Source: a virus
Taxonomy: Duplodnaviria; Caudoviricetes
IMG/VR virus record: IMGVR_UViG_3300031998_000003
Location: 96,001-160,000 of that record
DNA: 64,000 nucleotides
Reading direction: 5' to 3' (one strand)
Both the position numbers and the translations under genes were made by a program. The notes under the pieces are model-generated. The model worked only from the letters and a program-made list of their open reading frames with translations, was not told where the DNA came from and did no database searches. Positions 1-9,481 of this stretch are shown in pieces (the first letter of the stretch is position 1; each line of letters starts with the position of its first letter).

Positions 1-233
1 GTCTTTTGACCCGGACGCCAAGGCTCTGTCACACCATATGCTTTCGGAAGTGTGCCAACTATATCATTTACATCCGATGATTGTTTCTGTCGATTGAACG
101 GACGTGCGGATTCTCCACCGTTCTCTTTCAAATATTCTTCGAGTAATGTATCATACTCTTCATCAGAAATCAATGGATGACCCTGATCATAAGCTTTGAT
201 GTACTCGTCAAGTTGTTCTTTTGAAATCGCCAT
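1..233 (-). CDS. ligA: NAD-dependent DNA ligase, N-terminal part (runs off window)
   Basis: Manual translation MAISKEQLDEYIKAYDQGHPLISDEEYDTLLEE...GTLPKAY matches the domain Ia pattern Y..G.P.ISD.EYD.L; GGAGG RBS upstream. Confidence 0.7.
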   Translation of the reverse strand, partial: MAISKEQLDEYIKAYDQGHPLISDEEYDTLLEEYLKENGGESARPFNRQKQSSDVNDIVGTLPKAYGVTEPWRPGQK

Positions 234-257
234 ATGTTCCTCCAATAAAATAGATTA

Positions 258-279
258 GGGTGGGGCATTCGCCCCACCC
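258..279 (-). terminator. GC hairpin, probable intrinsic terminator
   Basis: GGGTGGGGC-ATTC-GCCCCACCC between two minus-strand genes. Confidence 0.6.
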
Positions 280-285
280 ATATCA

Positions 286-573
286 TTAGATCAATTTAGA
301 ACCGAACAGTTCATTCGGACCAATTGGATGATCGGGTTCATGCATCAGATTCGTATTCTGCATGGCCCACGGAGACATGTTGCCTTCCATTCGCGAAGGA
401 CGTCCTTCGTTGTCGAATTCAACGGGAAACGGTTTTCCAGTGCCAACAGGTAACAGACCTCTCTCCATATCACTAAGGATTGCAGCGAAATCACTTGTTG
501 ACACATACACATGCGCCGGTGTCAATTCGCGAGTGTGGAATTGCGTTTCGTTTTTCGAATAGATTATTTCCAT
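286..573 (-). CDS. hypothetical protein
   Basis: ORF with GGAGG RBS, preceded by a TATATCATT promoter-like motif. Confidence 0.7.
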   Translation of the reverse strand: MEIIYSKNETQFHTRELTPAHVYVSTSDFAAILSDMERGLLPVGTGKPFPVEFDNEGRPSRMEGNMSPWAMQNTNLMHEPDHPIGPNELFGSKLI

Positions 574-629
574 ACGCATTCCCTCCTTTCACCTTAATGA
601 TATATGTCTTTGATTATAGATATTTATTA

Positions 630-2378
630 TCATCTGAAGAAGCTTCGTTTCGCACTACCGGGGTTAACAGATGCATATTTACCGACTCTATCAGTATAAT
701 TCTGAGCACGTGCTGCAAGTTTAGGATCGTTCTTGATATCAGCTTGGTCAGCAGTTTCCGTCTCACTATATACTTTGTTACAAACATGAATGATCTCCTG
801 GATGTCAGATGTGAAGCACTTGCAGAACTTCGAACAAGAATCAACACAAGCTTTCATACCTTTATAAGCAATATCATTCTTTGTAGCAAGTTTGTTGTAT
901 TGGCTTGCTGCTTGATTGCGCTGATCAGTAACGTTATTCAAGTTTGCCTGCATTTCAGCCATCATCTTCTTCCAGCTATCAGCAAGAGCAAACAACGTGT
1001 TGACGTAGTTACTACTTTTTGCAGCACCAGTCTTGTCTTCAGAGTATCCTGTCAAATTCGTAAACAGAATTTGCTTTTGCATTTCGTCTGCCGGTACTGG
1101 AATCTTGGTTCTCATCAAATCAAGTCTATCAAGAATGATAATACCTGATGGGATGTCTCGACTACATGTCTGAACCTGTGGATCATTCTTGTATACTTGA
1201 TATTTTTGTGCTTGTTCACCGGATACATGTGTTACTTGGATCGGTTTCAATCCAGACATAGCCATGTTTCCTGGATCATTTTTGTTTACAAGTGTTCTCT
1301 TCTTGAGATCAGTGACACACTTATTATGCAATGACTCAATCAGAACCTGCCATTTGTATACTTCCGGTGTGACAGTATAACTACCTGTGTTCAGGTATGT
1401 TGGATTGAAGTACAGATGAATACCTTGTTGGAAGATTGCAGCCCATCCATTTTCCTTTACGAAGTTGGATGCTACGTTCATACGGTTTCTGAACTTATTG
1501 AACAACTTACGGAACTTGTTCACCGTGTTGAAAATGAAAGTGATTGCCTTTCCGAGCAGATTGCCGAGAAGTCTGAACGGGTTGATGGATGTTGCAATAT
1601 TCCATGTACGTTCAGCAGTACCGAACTCTTCTTGGAAAATAGTAGACTCAAGAATCATTGAAATGGTTCCGTTCATTTCAGTTCTGTCGGAGGACTCGAG
1701 AATCATGTTGGTTGTAATCTCGATCAACTCGAATGTTTCCTGAAGATTCTTGATATCGGATTCGAGTTCCTTTGTAGCATCCTCAAAGCTCATATCATCG
1801 TCGTCCGTTGTCACACGAATATGACACTTATCAACCGCGGTTTGCATCGCAGTCTCTTCATCCATACCCATCTCAAGAAGTTCCTCATATTCCTTTTTAA
1901 CCTCAGGATCTTTCGGAACATATTTCTCACCGGTCAGTTCAGACTTTGCAAAGAGTAGTTGCTCCATATGGAAACGTTCTTCATTACCGATATCAGCATA
2001 CAGACGACGAAGAACATCTGTATTGGTTTCTTTGGCGGCATCCAGATATTCACCCAGTGCATCTGCTTCAGAAGCCATTAGCTTCATTAAAGTTTCAACA
2101 TCCTTTGGATCATAATCATTTTGGACATCACCGGTATCCGAACCAAATTGACCGAGTTCCACATCATTTGGATCCATGTCTTCGGTTTCTTTAAACTTCT
2201 TCAGATCATCGTCGGACATGCGTCCTTCCAGGTATCCAGGAAGTTCATCGTTTTCGCTTGTAGGCTCCTTATCTTTGTCAAGATCGAGATCACCAACCTT
2301 GATTTCGAGATCCTTCGATGTCAACATGTCTTCTTCTTGATAGAATCCTGGACGACGGAAACGATTAAAATCACTCAT
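630..2378 (-). CDS. putative virion (head) protein with a ferritin-like domain
   Basis: RBS before MSDFNRF; EADALGEY...DIGNEERFH di-iron ferritin-like signature; acidic N-terminus; IFQE motif. Confidence 0.6.
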   Translation of the reverse strand: MSDFNRFRRPGFYQEEDMLTSKDLEIKVGDLDLDKDKEPTSENDELPGYLEGRMSDDDLKKFKETEDMDPNDVELGQFGSDTGDVQNDYDPKDVETLMKLMASEADALGEYLDAAKETNTDVLRRLYADIGNEERFHMEQLLFAKSELTGEKYVPKDPEVKKEYEELLEMGMDEETAMQTAVDKCHIRVTTDDDDMSFEDATKELESDIKNLQETFELIEITTNMILESSDRTEMNGTISMILESTIFQEEFGTAERTWNIATSINPFRLLGNLLGKAITFIFNTVNKFRKLFNKFRNRMNVASNFVKENGWAAIFQQGIHLYFNPTYLNTGSYTVTPEVYKWQVLIESLHNKCVTDLKKRTLVNKNDPGNMAMSGLKPIQVTHVSGEQAQKYQVYKNDPQVQTCSRDIPSGIIILDRLDLMRTKIPVPADEMQKQILFTNLTGYSEDKTGAAKSSNYVNTLFALADSWKKMMAEMQANLNNVTDQRNQAASQYNKLATKNDIAYKGMKACVDSCSKFCKCFTSDIQEIIHVCNKVYSETETADQADIKNDPKLAARAQNYTDRVGKYASVNPGSAKRSFFR

Positions 2379-2391
2379 ACGTATTCCTCCT

Positions 2392-3609
2392 TTATTTACG
2401 TTGGGACTTCTCGAATTGCTCAATTCGTTGAAGTTTCCGTTTGGCTTTTGCAAGCTGATCTTTTGACAACTTGCCAGAATCAATCTGTTGTTTCAGTTGC
2501 TCCTTAGAAAGTTGACGTTGTTTCGTTGCATTTGCATCGAGTTGCTTTTGACGTTTTTCATATTGCTGTTGTGCATATTCACCACGCTTCTGATGCGCGA
2601 ATACCATTTCATCTTCATCTCTAGGAACTAATTCAAGTTGTCCTCTGGCAGTACGAGCTTTATTTATCCGAGCAGCATCGCGTTGATTATTTTTTGCATC
2701 GCGTCTTAAATGACGAAGCTGTGTATCACCTTTTGCATATCTGTTATACAATTCACTATAAGCATCTGCGTCATATTCAGCGGGATCTAAATCATGGTCT
2801 GTCTCAATTTTGTCCCAAAAATCATCTGGCATATTATCAAGATATGATTTTGCTTCGTTACGCCGGCGCAGACCTTCCGAACCAGATTTCCAAAGCTCCT
2901 TACCACTTTCAAAATCATATACTTTATCTGGTGCTTGTGCAGCATGTCCTTCTTCATGCTTATATGTTGCATTTGCGTAAGCTGGCTTCTGTTGAATGCT
3001 TCTTGGTTGCATATTGATACTGTCCGTATCCACTTGTCCATATCGCTTCAGTTTACCATTAACCCTCATTTGATATGCTGCATCAACATGTTGGTTAGCT
3101 GCATGTGGATTGATTGTAAATGGCACACGTTTCTTTTGTCCGGGGTTATTCTTATCATTGATATCCGTGAGAATTGTTTCTGTTTTGGGGTCATATCCGT
3201 TTTCACGAAGGAATTTGTTCATACGGTTCCGTTCTTTGTTTGAGCCGATCTTTCCAGCGGATATGCGCTTGCCAGGACGATTCGGATCTTCGATAGTGTT
3301 AGTTTTAGGATCATACTTGTGTTTTTTCAAATATTCGTCATATGGACCATAAGCTGCTTCCTGAATAATGTCATCGTCATATGAGTCAAGCAGAATACCA
3401 AACTCGTTGATAGCTTCGTCATGTGCGTCAGGGTCATCGAATAACGCATTATGATATTCGGATACGTAGAACAAAGAGTCTCCAAGCTGAACAAACCAGT
3501 CACATTCTTCGAAGACTTCATCTTCTACGATGGTAGACTCTGCCTCAACGACAGAGTCCACCGGATAATCATAATGAGATTTACAAAATCTCTTTGGTAT
3601 ATCAGACAT
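2392..3609 (-). CDS. putative virion protein with a zincin-like metallopeptidase motif
   Basis: YKHEEGH followed by EYDADAY; acidic N-terminus ending IIQE-A; duplicated YDPKT.TI segment. Confidence 0.55.
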   Translation of the reverse strand: MSDIPKRFCKSHYDYPVDSVVEAESTIVEDEVFEECDWFVQLGDSLFYVSEYHNALFDDPDAHDEAINEFGILLDSYDDDIIQEAAYGPYDEYLKKHKYDPKTNTIEDPNRPGKRISAGKIGSNKERNRMNKFLRENGYDPKTETILTDINDKNNPGQKKRVPFTINPHAANQHVDAAYQMRVNGKLKRYGQVDTDSINMQPRSIQQKPAYANATYKHEEGHAAQAPDKVYDFESGKELWKSGSEGLRRRNEAKSYLDNMPDDFWDKIETDHDLDPAEYDADAYSELYNRYAKGDTQLRHLRRDAKNNQRDAARINKARTARGQLELVPRDEDEMVFAHQKRGEYAQQQYEKRQKQLDANATKQRQLSKEQLKQQIDSGKLSKDQLAKAKRKLQRIEQFEKSQRK

Positions 3610-6600
3610 AATGTCCCTCCTTGTGATGGTATCCCGAGAATCTTGCTGGAATCACAAAACTCTCTTGTTTAACATTCTCAGCTTCTCCGTCGTAAATCAT
3701 TTTACCAGACATAATTGTCTGCATGAATTCTTTGATGGGAGTACCGTAATCGATTTTTGTATCGGTGTAATCCCATACACCAAAGTTACCGGATTTCCCT
3801 TCATAATCAGCCATGCATTCTGCAACGTAATCAAAGATGTCATTGAGTTTGTCAAATGTCTTTTGACGTTCATAACCCCATTCATCAGTGACACGTTTGA
3901 ATGCTTGTTCGATGTATATGTACTTTCCATTGAGTGAAACAACACAAATAGTATGGGTTCCGAGCATCTCGTTCTTTTTATCGGTGAATGACATGAAGTA
4001 TTTTTTGTATGCTACACCGAAGGCTTCGAGGTATCCTGCTTCATATTCGACCATGTCGTAGCAGTTACCACCGCCAGCTTCATCGACTTCCTGACCAGTA
4101 TGGAATACCCAGTACTTTTCATAATCTGATTCAGAAACGTCTCCGCTTTGCAATCTACCATTTCTGATCAGACCATACTTGAACTTCTTCAGATCGATAC
4201 AAAGATCAGCAATGACATTTTCGGGAGAGTAATCGAACTTCGTTCCTTTTGCAAGGACCTTCGGTTTGACAACCCAGTGCCATTTGTATGTGAAGTAATT
4301 GCGGTCACCCTTTTCGCCTTTGGATGTTGGGACCACTGGCTTTCGTTTCACATTGGATACCTGATCGACACGAATAACACCGTACAGCTTCATGCGAACT
4401 GGTTCCATGATCCAAACTTCGCGCGTGACATTTGCATCATACACGAGCTTATCCTTAACCAGTTCTTTGTTGGTCTTATGCTTATACTGTTTCCACGGTT
4501 TCTCTGGAATGTATACATAAAGCTTGTCGAACTGATCTGGATTTTGTCTCGGAAGATTGACGGTGATTCCGTTCAGACAACCTTCGATAGATGTTGAGAA
4601 GCAGATGCGTGGAGTCGTGTTATCCTCAAATCCAGTTTCTTCCGGATTGTATGGATCCAGATAGTCAGGAACACGGGGTTTCCATACCTGACCGTCAGCA
4701 TGTTTCTCCGGTGTTACATGAAATACCATCTTATCTGAATATGGATTAACACCATTCTTGAGATCCTGAAAGGCACCTTCTTGGGTGATCAGCGGTTTTT
4801 CTAACATCCTATCAGTTATAAGTAAGCCGCCTAGACCACCGCCCATTTCAGTTATTTCGATATTTTTGTTTATCAAGTATCCGAATCCATGCTCGTCATC
4901 ATATTTGAATTCACACTCAACAAGGAAAAATGGTATTCCGGAATCAGTATAATCGAATATGATTAATGTTGGCTTAATGACATCCATGGCATCAGACATT
5001 TTTAAGCCTTCAATTTCCGAAATATTATCACCATCACATTCTTTGTCGTATGATATCATCAAAAGCTTTGCTTCTTCGAAACAAGCTTTATTGAAAATAT
5101 CCTTGGATTTTGTGATGATATCAGGAATCATCTGACTGAGATCCTCGTATACAGTATCATGGTCAAAACTATCATTCAATGTTTCGACTGGTACAGTGAC
5201 AGAATGTCCAAAATAGTTTAACGAAACCTGACCAATCGTCACAAATTGAGCATTCTCTTGTATTGTACCTTCTTGGAATGGAACGCAACCATATGTTTTA
5301 CCGCATGATTCACATGTATAGATTGGCTCGCCTTTCATTGCGATTGATATATTACCACCACAATCACATTTCTTCATGACAGCCATACCATCGTCATTGA
5401 ATCCAAGGACATCGTCTTTATATTTTGCGAAGTGACCCGATTCAAAAACATTCGTGGATTCTTGTGTCAGTTTAGAACGATCGTACTTCATCCAGTATTC
5501 TTCATGAGGCGGATCATACCATACACCTTTCTTATAGATCTCGAAACCATAATCGAGATACAGATGTACTGCCGGTTCATTATCACAACGAACTGTGAGA
5601 TCTTCACCACCAAATCGGCGTACAGCATCATCAATCAGAATCCATCCATATCCTTGACGACGATAGCTTGGGGTGACTTCAATATTGAAAATGAATCCTT
5701 TATTCTTTTTGGTAGTATGCACAAATGCATGACCGATGGCTTCACCAGTTTCACGGTTAACAAGGAATTCACCATTGGTCGCTTTGTGCATGTCTTCCCA
5801 GTATTGACTCAATTCAGGATCTTCTTTCAGATACTTCAAACCTTCTTCAGATGGCACAAGCACACGTCTGAATCTGGGATCAGAATCATCTCCAGGAGCC
5901 AACATTCCATGGTCACGCATGTACGGAATGTCCAAGGAATTCTTCCATGGTATCACATTCGCAGGATTGTTGACATCGTTGAAAAGTTCCGTGTTAAACG
6001 GTCTTGTGTCCAGACGTACCATATATGAGTTCTTGAAGTTTATATCTCTGAAGTAGTTATGTGATGAATCTGATTCATCGATTTCTTTCAATAGATCAGC
6101 TTGTGCATCCATTATGTATGCATAATCATTGATGTTTACAACCAGAAATTCATGACCGCCTGTTGAATCTTTCCAGTTGACGTGTACATACCATCTTGAA
6201 TCAACATTGCCACGAACCTTTTTGATGACATCTCTCTGAGACACGAAAGATTCCTTAATCGGATTCATAACAATATCTTCACCGTGGTGATGTCCGTTAC
6301 CGGGTAATGCTGGATCACGGGGTGAATAGATCGGGCGTGGTAATGCATTGATTCCACGATACCGTGCTTCAGCACACCATGTACACAGTTCACAGTTCTG
6401 ATTTCCTGTCGGTGGTTTGGAATCCTTTTCAACTTGAGCTGAGATTTCCTTCACGATCTTCTGGGCAAATAGAAATGGTTCCGCTTTCATATCCCGTTTA
6501 CCGATCGCTTCTGCATGTGCAACACCAATTCTTTTGACACGAGATAACAACTCGTCATCTTCCTCAGTTGTCATGGAAACACCTGACGACATTTGACTGG

Positions 6601-6955
6601 AAGTTGCTGCAAGCTTTTGAGCAAGCTCCTCATTTGCTTCATCATAATATGGAGCCATTGTACGAGGTGGTGAATTACCAATACTCGTACCGTCACTCAT
6701 CGGTGGTACTTGTTCGGTTACACCAGCAACTTTGTTAGCTGCGTGTAGTTTTGATGTATCCATACCCTCTTCCTCTGCACGATGACGAATTTTGCGTGCA
6801 AGCGCTTTTTTCTCTTCTGGTGTAATATCACCATTATTGATGAGATTGTTTGCAGATTTGATCTCATGAGGATTACGGAGAGGGTATTTATCTTTACCGG
6901 GAACACCCATTTCACTGTCAGGTATTTCCCGCCGTTCTTTTGCGGATATTGACAT
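3602..6955 (-). CDS. multi-enzyme polyprotein (papain-fold, GNAT, Zn ribbon, ART-like, transglutaminase-like modules)
   Basis: QNC..C...GHEF...DAQ; V.PSYRRQGYG...N.PA..LY...GF; CDC..CESC; FHVT...PRICFSTS...EVW; GNCYD...THT...YIE; RBS before MSISAKERR. Confidence 0.65.
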   Translation of the reverse strand: MSISAKERREIPDSEMGVPGKDKYPLRNPHEIKSANNLINNGDITPEEKKALARKIRHRAEEEGMDTSKLHAANKVAGVTEQVPPMSDGTSIGNSPPRTMAPYYDEANEELAQKLAATSSQMSSGVSMTTEEDDELLSRVKRIGVAHAEAIGKRDMKAEPFLFAQKIVKEISAQVEKDSKPPTGNQNCELCTWCAEARYRGINALPRPIYSPRDPALPGNGHHHGEDIVMNPIKESFVSQRDVIKKVRGNVDSRWYVHVNWKDSTGGHEFLVVNINDYAYIMDAQADLLKEIDESDSSHNYFRDINFKNSYMVRLDTRPFNTELFNDVNNPANVIPWKNSLDIPYMRDHGMLAPGDDSDPRFRRVLVPSEEGLKYLKEDPELSQYWEDMHKATNGEFLVNRETGEAIGHAFVHTTKKNKGFIFNIEVTPSYRRQGYGWILIDDAVRRFGGEDLTVRCDNEPAVHLYLDYGFEIYKKGVWYDPPHEEYWMKYDRSKLTQESTNVFESGHFAKYKDDVLGFNDDGMAVMKKCDCGGNISIAMKGEPIYTCESCGKTYGCVPFQEGTIQENAQFVTIGQVSLNYFGHSVTVPVETLNDSFDHDTVYEDLSQMIPDIITKSKDIFNKACFEEAKLLMISYDKECDGDNISEIEGLKMSDAMDVIKPTLIIFDYTDSGIPFFLVECEFKYDDEHGFGYLINKNIEITEMGGGLGGLLITDRMLEKPLITQEGAFQDLKNGVNPYSDKMVFHVTPEKHADGQVWKPRVPDYLDPYNPEETGFEDNTTPRICFSTSIEGCLNGITVNLPRQNPDQFDKLYVYIPEKPWKQYKHKTNKELVKDKLVYDANVTREVWIMEPVRMKLYGVIRVDQVSNVKRKPVVPTSKGEKGDRNYFTYKWHWVVKPKVLAKGTKFDYSPENVIADLCIDLKKFKYGLIRNGRLQSGDVSESDYEKYWVFHTGQEVDEAGGGNCYDMVEYEAGYLEAFGVAYKKYFMSFTDKKNEMLGTHTICVVSLNGKYIYIEQAFKRVTDEWGYERQKTFDKLNDIFDYVAECMADYEGKSGNFGVWDYTDTKIDYGTPIKEFMQTIMSGKMIYDGEAENVKQESFVIPARFSGYHHKEGHYV

Positions 6956-7015
6956 AACTACGCTCCTTTCCGGAATTAAAGTTACAGAAACGTTTTCGAT
7001 TAACATACAAAGATC

Positions 7016-7039
7016 AGGCGGGGGCAAACGCCCCCGCCT
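7016..7039. terminator. GC hairpin, terminator-like
   Basis: AGGCGGGGGC-AAAC-GCCCCCGCCT. Confidence 0.5.
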
Positions 7040-7073
7040 CATCTTCCGTGTTAATTAGATCATCAAGATAGCA

Positions 7074-7346
7074 TTAGTCGAAGAAACGACCCGGCTTCGG
7101 AGAGGTTGCCGGCTCCGGCTGCTTGTAGCCGAGTGCGAGATCAGATTCCTCGATCTCCATATCGAACTGGCCACTCTGCAGACCGTTGTTTCCACCGGAA
7201 ACGATTGCATCAGGATTGAACTGGGTGAACTTCTCATTGAACAGATCAGAATAGCGAGAAGAAGATGCCATGTAGCTCTCCTGGGTGACTTCGCCTTGAG
7301 TCTCATCGAAGGTGGACTCAGGCACGTAATCAAACAGTTTTGCCAT
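7074..7346 (-). CDS. small acidic virion-type protein
   Basis: AAGGAG RBS; contains VTQE-S motif. Confidence 0.65.
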   Translation of the reverse strand: MAKLFDYVPESTFDETQGEVTQESYMASSSRYSDLFNEKFTQFNPDAIVSGGNNGLQSGQFDMEIEESDLALGYKQPEPATSPKPGRFFD

Positions 7347-7364
7347 GATTATGATTCTCCTTTA

Positions 7365-8738
7365 CTAGAATTTTGAGCTCTTACCGTGAAGATCAGCCAA
7401 CAGCGTTTGGATATACAGTTGGTTCACAGTAATGATGAGCCGATATGTGTGAGCGTAATCAACGTTTTTGAATATCAATGTTCTGGTTTCCCAATCCATA
7501 TAATATCCTTCGTCGATTATCGTTCGGTTTTCACGGAGATGAACATTGATGAACAATTCAGGATTCATCTTGTTCTGCAGGTGGTAATCAAGAACCTCAT
7601 TCAATGTCTGTCCAAGACACGAATCGATATTGACCTCACGTTCGTCCCAATCGAGTTTGACAATTGGTTTTGCCCAGATCTTCCAGCCATACAATAGCGG
7701 AAAATCTTTCTCGTTGAAACAATCGGAGAATATCGGTATGGCGATTCCAGTCGACGGAGTCGTGACGTCCCTGAACGGTCCCGGATTCGGAACCGATAGA
7801 TCGAACATTCCGATGGTGTTGAACTCAACACTGATCGTGAATGTAATTGGGCAATCCGTCTCTGTCTGTCCCACCTTATTTACAGCGTCATAGCGCAGAT
7901 CATGAAACCTGCACAGAAGTGACGTCATGTAGTTTGCATAGAATCCATCACGATGTTTTCCAGATGAGAATCTGTACGAGATCGGATAGACACTATTCAT
8001 ATTGAGATAGTCAACAAACCTGGACACATCACCAGATTCTGTTTTGACAGGAATCTTAGCATACCTTGCAGTCTCATTCAAGAAACCGTCAGGAATGGCT
8101 AACTCCAATGCTGTGTCGATGTCGAATGGACGATTTTCATCCGTGGGAATCTTGTTGATCAGATAGGACGCCCAACGAATCTGTTCCGTAATAGAACGGA
8201 AAGCCAACACGAAATCGAAATACATGATAACGCGATTGATCTTTCCTCTCCATTCGATCCCATTCCGTTTGTCGAAGAATAACTTCTCCATCTCGGAGCG
8301 ATTCTGAAACCGGTTTGAAGTGGTCGACCAAAGCGTTGTCGCATATGATCCCGCGGCCAGGCGATTATCCAGACCGGACAGAGATACTCTAGGATTTACA
8401 ACACAGATTGGATACGGTTGTGTGCGGATTTGTTTTGGTGTATGTCGGAGTTGACGATGCGCAATCCTGGTGGAAGGTAGCGCAGTCTGGAACGTTTCCG
8501 ACGGGAATTGATCCAGGATGAACTGTAACATGACAGCTGTTACATTTCCAACGGTGTGAGCCATATCGGTTCCTGACTGACAAGCTAAGGATAATGTGTA
8601 TCCATGCTCTAAACCTCTACGGGAAAGTCCGTTGAATACGTAATTAATTCCTGGAGTTGTGATATTGCGATCGGTGATTCCCTCATTGAAGTTATTCTCA
8701 CCTACTCTGTTAGGGTGTTCATCATTATAATGTGTCAT
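7365..8738 (-). CDS. putative virion structural protein
   Basis: Long ORF in the structural cluster; start overlaps the upstream gene stop; GAGGTG RBS. Confidence 0.55.
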   Translation of the reverse strand: MTHYNDEHPNRVGENNFNEGITDRNITTPGINYVFNGLSRRGLEHGYTLSLACQSGTDMAHTVGNVTAVMLQFILDQFPSETFQTALPSTRIAHRQLRHTPKQIRTQPYPICVVNPRVSLSGLDNRLAAGSYATTLWSTTSNRFQNRSEMEKLFFDKRNGIEWRGKINRVIMYFDFVLAFRSITEQIRWASYLINKIPTDENRPFDIDTALELAIPDGFLNETARYAKIPVKTESGDVSRFVDYLNMNSVYPISYRFSSGKHRDGFYANYMTSLLCRFHDLRYDAVNKVGQTETDCPITFTISVEFNTIGMFDLSVPNPGPFRDVTTPSTGIAIPIFSDCFNEKDFPLLYGWKIWAKPIVKLDWDEREVNIDSCLGQTLNEVLDYHLQNKMNPELFINVHLRENRTIIDEGYYMDWETRTLIFKNVDYAHTYRLIITVNQLYIQTLLADLHGKSSKF

Positions 8739-9154
8739 CGCTGACACCTCACAATCAGAACTGCAAGAACAGTTGAGAATTTCTCGATATTGTAATATCG
8801 AATGAATGGAAAGTTGAATCGAGTAATCGTGGGACATCTATTCAGAATCATTAATGGGCGCCACATGTTTGTGGTGCCATATCTTTCATATGCACAGAGT
8901 TTTGGGTTCCGTGCATATTTCAGATCAAACTCTTCCAGAGTATACATGTCCGGATACGATTCGATGAGACGAAAATATTCAAGTGGAAGATATGACACAA
9001 CAGCTTCCCACGTGTGGGAATTGAGCACATCATCGACAAGCTTCTCTTCGTCAAGACTCAATTGAACCTTCGTTGAGATGTTCCCAAGTGTGAACAGATC
9101 TGACCTGATATACTTCAGCAGTGAGGGAACCAACGTCTTCTCATCAGAGGTCAT
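8735..9154 (-). CDS. baseplate wedge protein, T4 gp53/LysM-like
   Basis: NPKLCAYERYGTTNMWRPLMILN matches the P...AY..YG...W..L..N pattern. Confidence 0.6.
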   Translation of the reverse strand: MTSDEKTLVPSLLKYIRSDLFTLGNISTKVQLSLDEEKLVDDVLNSHTWEAVVSYLPLEYFRLIESYPDMYTLEEFDLKYARNPKLCAYERYGTTNMWRPLMILNRCPTITRFNFPFIRYYNIEKFSTVLAVLIVRCQR

Positions 9155-9178
9155 TTGTCACACTCCTCTCAGAGAATG

Positions 9179-9460
9179 TCATCGAACAGAAACGTGCATG
9201 TGAAATACATCGTTGTCTTGACATTCAAGAATGCCTTCCAACTGTCCGTCACCAACAATCTTGTGTTCCTCATTGTCAATATGGATCGGAACATCAAATG
9301 CTTCGGTCATGACAATAGAACCAGACTGGAAGTCGGTAGATGCAAACACAGGAGAGATCACGGATACCGTATCACCCTCATGTAGCTCGCCTTCTGTTTT
9401 GATGATACATGTTGACGATTGTGGGATTGTGACACTCATTTTTCTACTAGATAGCATCAT
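9179..9460 (-). CDS. hypothetical protein
   Basis: ORF tiles between structural genes. Confidence 0.55.
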   Translation of the reverse strand: MMLSSRKMSVTIPQSSTCIIKTEGELHEGDTVSVISPVFASTDFQSGSIVMTEAFDVPIHIDNEEHKIVGDGQLEGILECQDNDVFHMHVSVR

Positions 9461-9481
9461 GAATGATCACCCCAGCAAATA

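Noticed and set aside
3010-3045. PolB motif C-like YGQVDTDS in the 2392 ORF
   Set aside because: Too short and imperfect to distinguish from chance
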